Below, in pieces: positions 62,632 through 64,000 of a DNA stretch of 64,000 nt. Source of the DNA: Eledone cirrhosa (taxonomy: Eukaryota); NCBI GenBank assembly GCA_964016885.1, contig OZ024740.1:44330001-44394000 (forward strand), given 5' to 3'. Numbering within the stretch: the first letter of the stretch is position 1; each line of letters starts with the position of its first letter. The notes under the pieces are model-generated. The model was not told where the DNA came from. It ran no database searches and saw nothing but the letters and a program-made list of their open reading frames with translations. Position numbers and translations under genes: made by a program.

Positions 62632-64000
62632 CCACTACCTAAACATAGGTAGTGTTACTAGACATGTATATAGTATCACTAGAAACATAGGTCGTGTTAC
62701 TAGACATGTATATAATATTACTAGAAACATAGGTACTGTTACTAGACTTTATATAGTATCGCTAGAAACATAGGTACTGTTACTAGACATGTATATAGTA
62801 TCACTAGAAACATAGGTAGTATTACTAGACATGTATATAGTATTAGTTGAAACATAGGTAGTGCTACTAGACATGTATATAGTATTACTAGAAACATAGG
62901 TATTGTTACTAGACATGTATATAGTATCACTAGAAACATAAGTATTGTTACTAGACATGTATATAGTATTACTAGAAACATAGGTAGTGTTACTAGACAT
63001 TATATAGTATTACTAGAAACATAGGTAGTGTTACTAGACATTATATAGTATCATTAGAAACATAGGTAGTGTTACTAGACATGTATATAGTATTACTAGA
63101 AACATAGGTAGTGTTACTAGACATTATATAGTATTACTAGAAACATAGGTATTGTTACTAGACATTATATAGTATCACAAAAAACATAGGTATTGTTACT
63201 AGACATGTTTATAGTATCACTAGAAACATAGGTAGTGTTACTAGACATGTATATAGTATTACTAGGAACATATGTAGTGTTACTAGACATGAATATAGTA
63301 TCACTAGAAACATAGATATTGTTACTAGACATGTATATAGCATCACTAGAAACATAGGTAGTGATACTAAACATGAATATATTATCACTAGAAACATAGC
63401 TATTGTTACTAGACATTATATATTATTACTAGAAACAGATGTATTGTTACTAGACATGTATATAGTATTACGAGAAACAGGTATTTTTACTAGACATGTA
63501 TATAATATCACTAGAAACATTGGTATTGTTACTAGACATGTATATAGTATTACTAGAGAAAATATGTCTAGTAACTATGTCTAGTACCAATACCTATGTT
63601 TCTAGTGATACTATATACATGTCTAGTTACAATACTTATGTTTCTAGTAATACTATATAATGTCTAGTAACACTACTTATGTTTCTAGCGATACTATATA
63701 CATGTCTAGTTACAATACTTATGTTTCAAGTGATACTATATAATGTATAGTAACACTACCTATGTTTCTAGCGATACTATATACATGTCTAGCTACAATA
63801 CCTATGTTTCTAGTGATACTATATACATGTCTAGTAACAATACCTGTTTCTAGTAATACTATATACATGTCTAGTAACACTACCTCTGTTTCTAGTAATA
63901 CTATATAATGTCTAGTACCATACCTATGTTTCTAGTGATAATATATACATGTCTACTAACACTACCTATGTTTCTAGTGATACTATATACATGTCTAGTA
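62632..64000. repeat. 42-bp (2x21) minisatellite with an orientation switch at about 63556-63585
   Basis: actagaaacataggtagtgtt+actagacatgtatatagtatc repeats to 63556. The reverse complement repeats from there to the window end. Confidence 0.95.

Noticed and set aside
62742-63416. Repetitive ORFs (MSSNTTYV.., MFLVILYT..)
   Set aside because: Artefacts of a 42-bp minisatellite. Frames are broken by 41-bp units and there are no splice signals.

Overview
Eukaryotic, AT-rich, repeat-dense genomic DNA, probably from a coleoid cephalopod such as Octopus (inferred from the repeat content). The whole window lies inside one minus-strand gene. I reconstructed 14 phase-compatible GT-AG exons between 61209 and 8962, encoding Ig-Ig-kinase1-linker-Ig-Fn3-start of kinase2, which is the C-terminal architecture of obscurin/UNC-89/SPEG. 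One intron (27930-28689) has U12 minor-spliceosome signals. The introns contain RTE-clade LINEs carrying a C4HC3 PHD finger inside the RT, CR1, Rex3-like, Tx1-like and CRE remnants, two tRNA-derived SINE families, a non-autonomous Helitron, piggyBac-type MITEs and satellites. The most striking signal is a set of unrelated fold-back elements embedded in (TA)n tracts, most carrying minimal type I hammerhead ribozyme motifs. In several of them the inversion breakpoint falls on the ribozyme, and one retains a Penelope-like GIY-YIG C-terminus.
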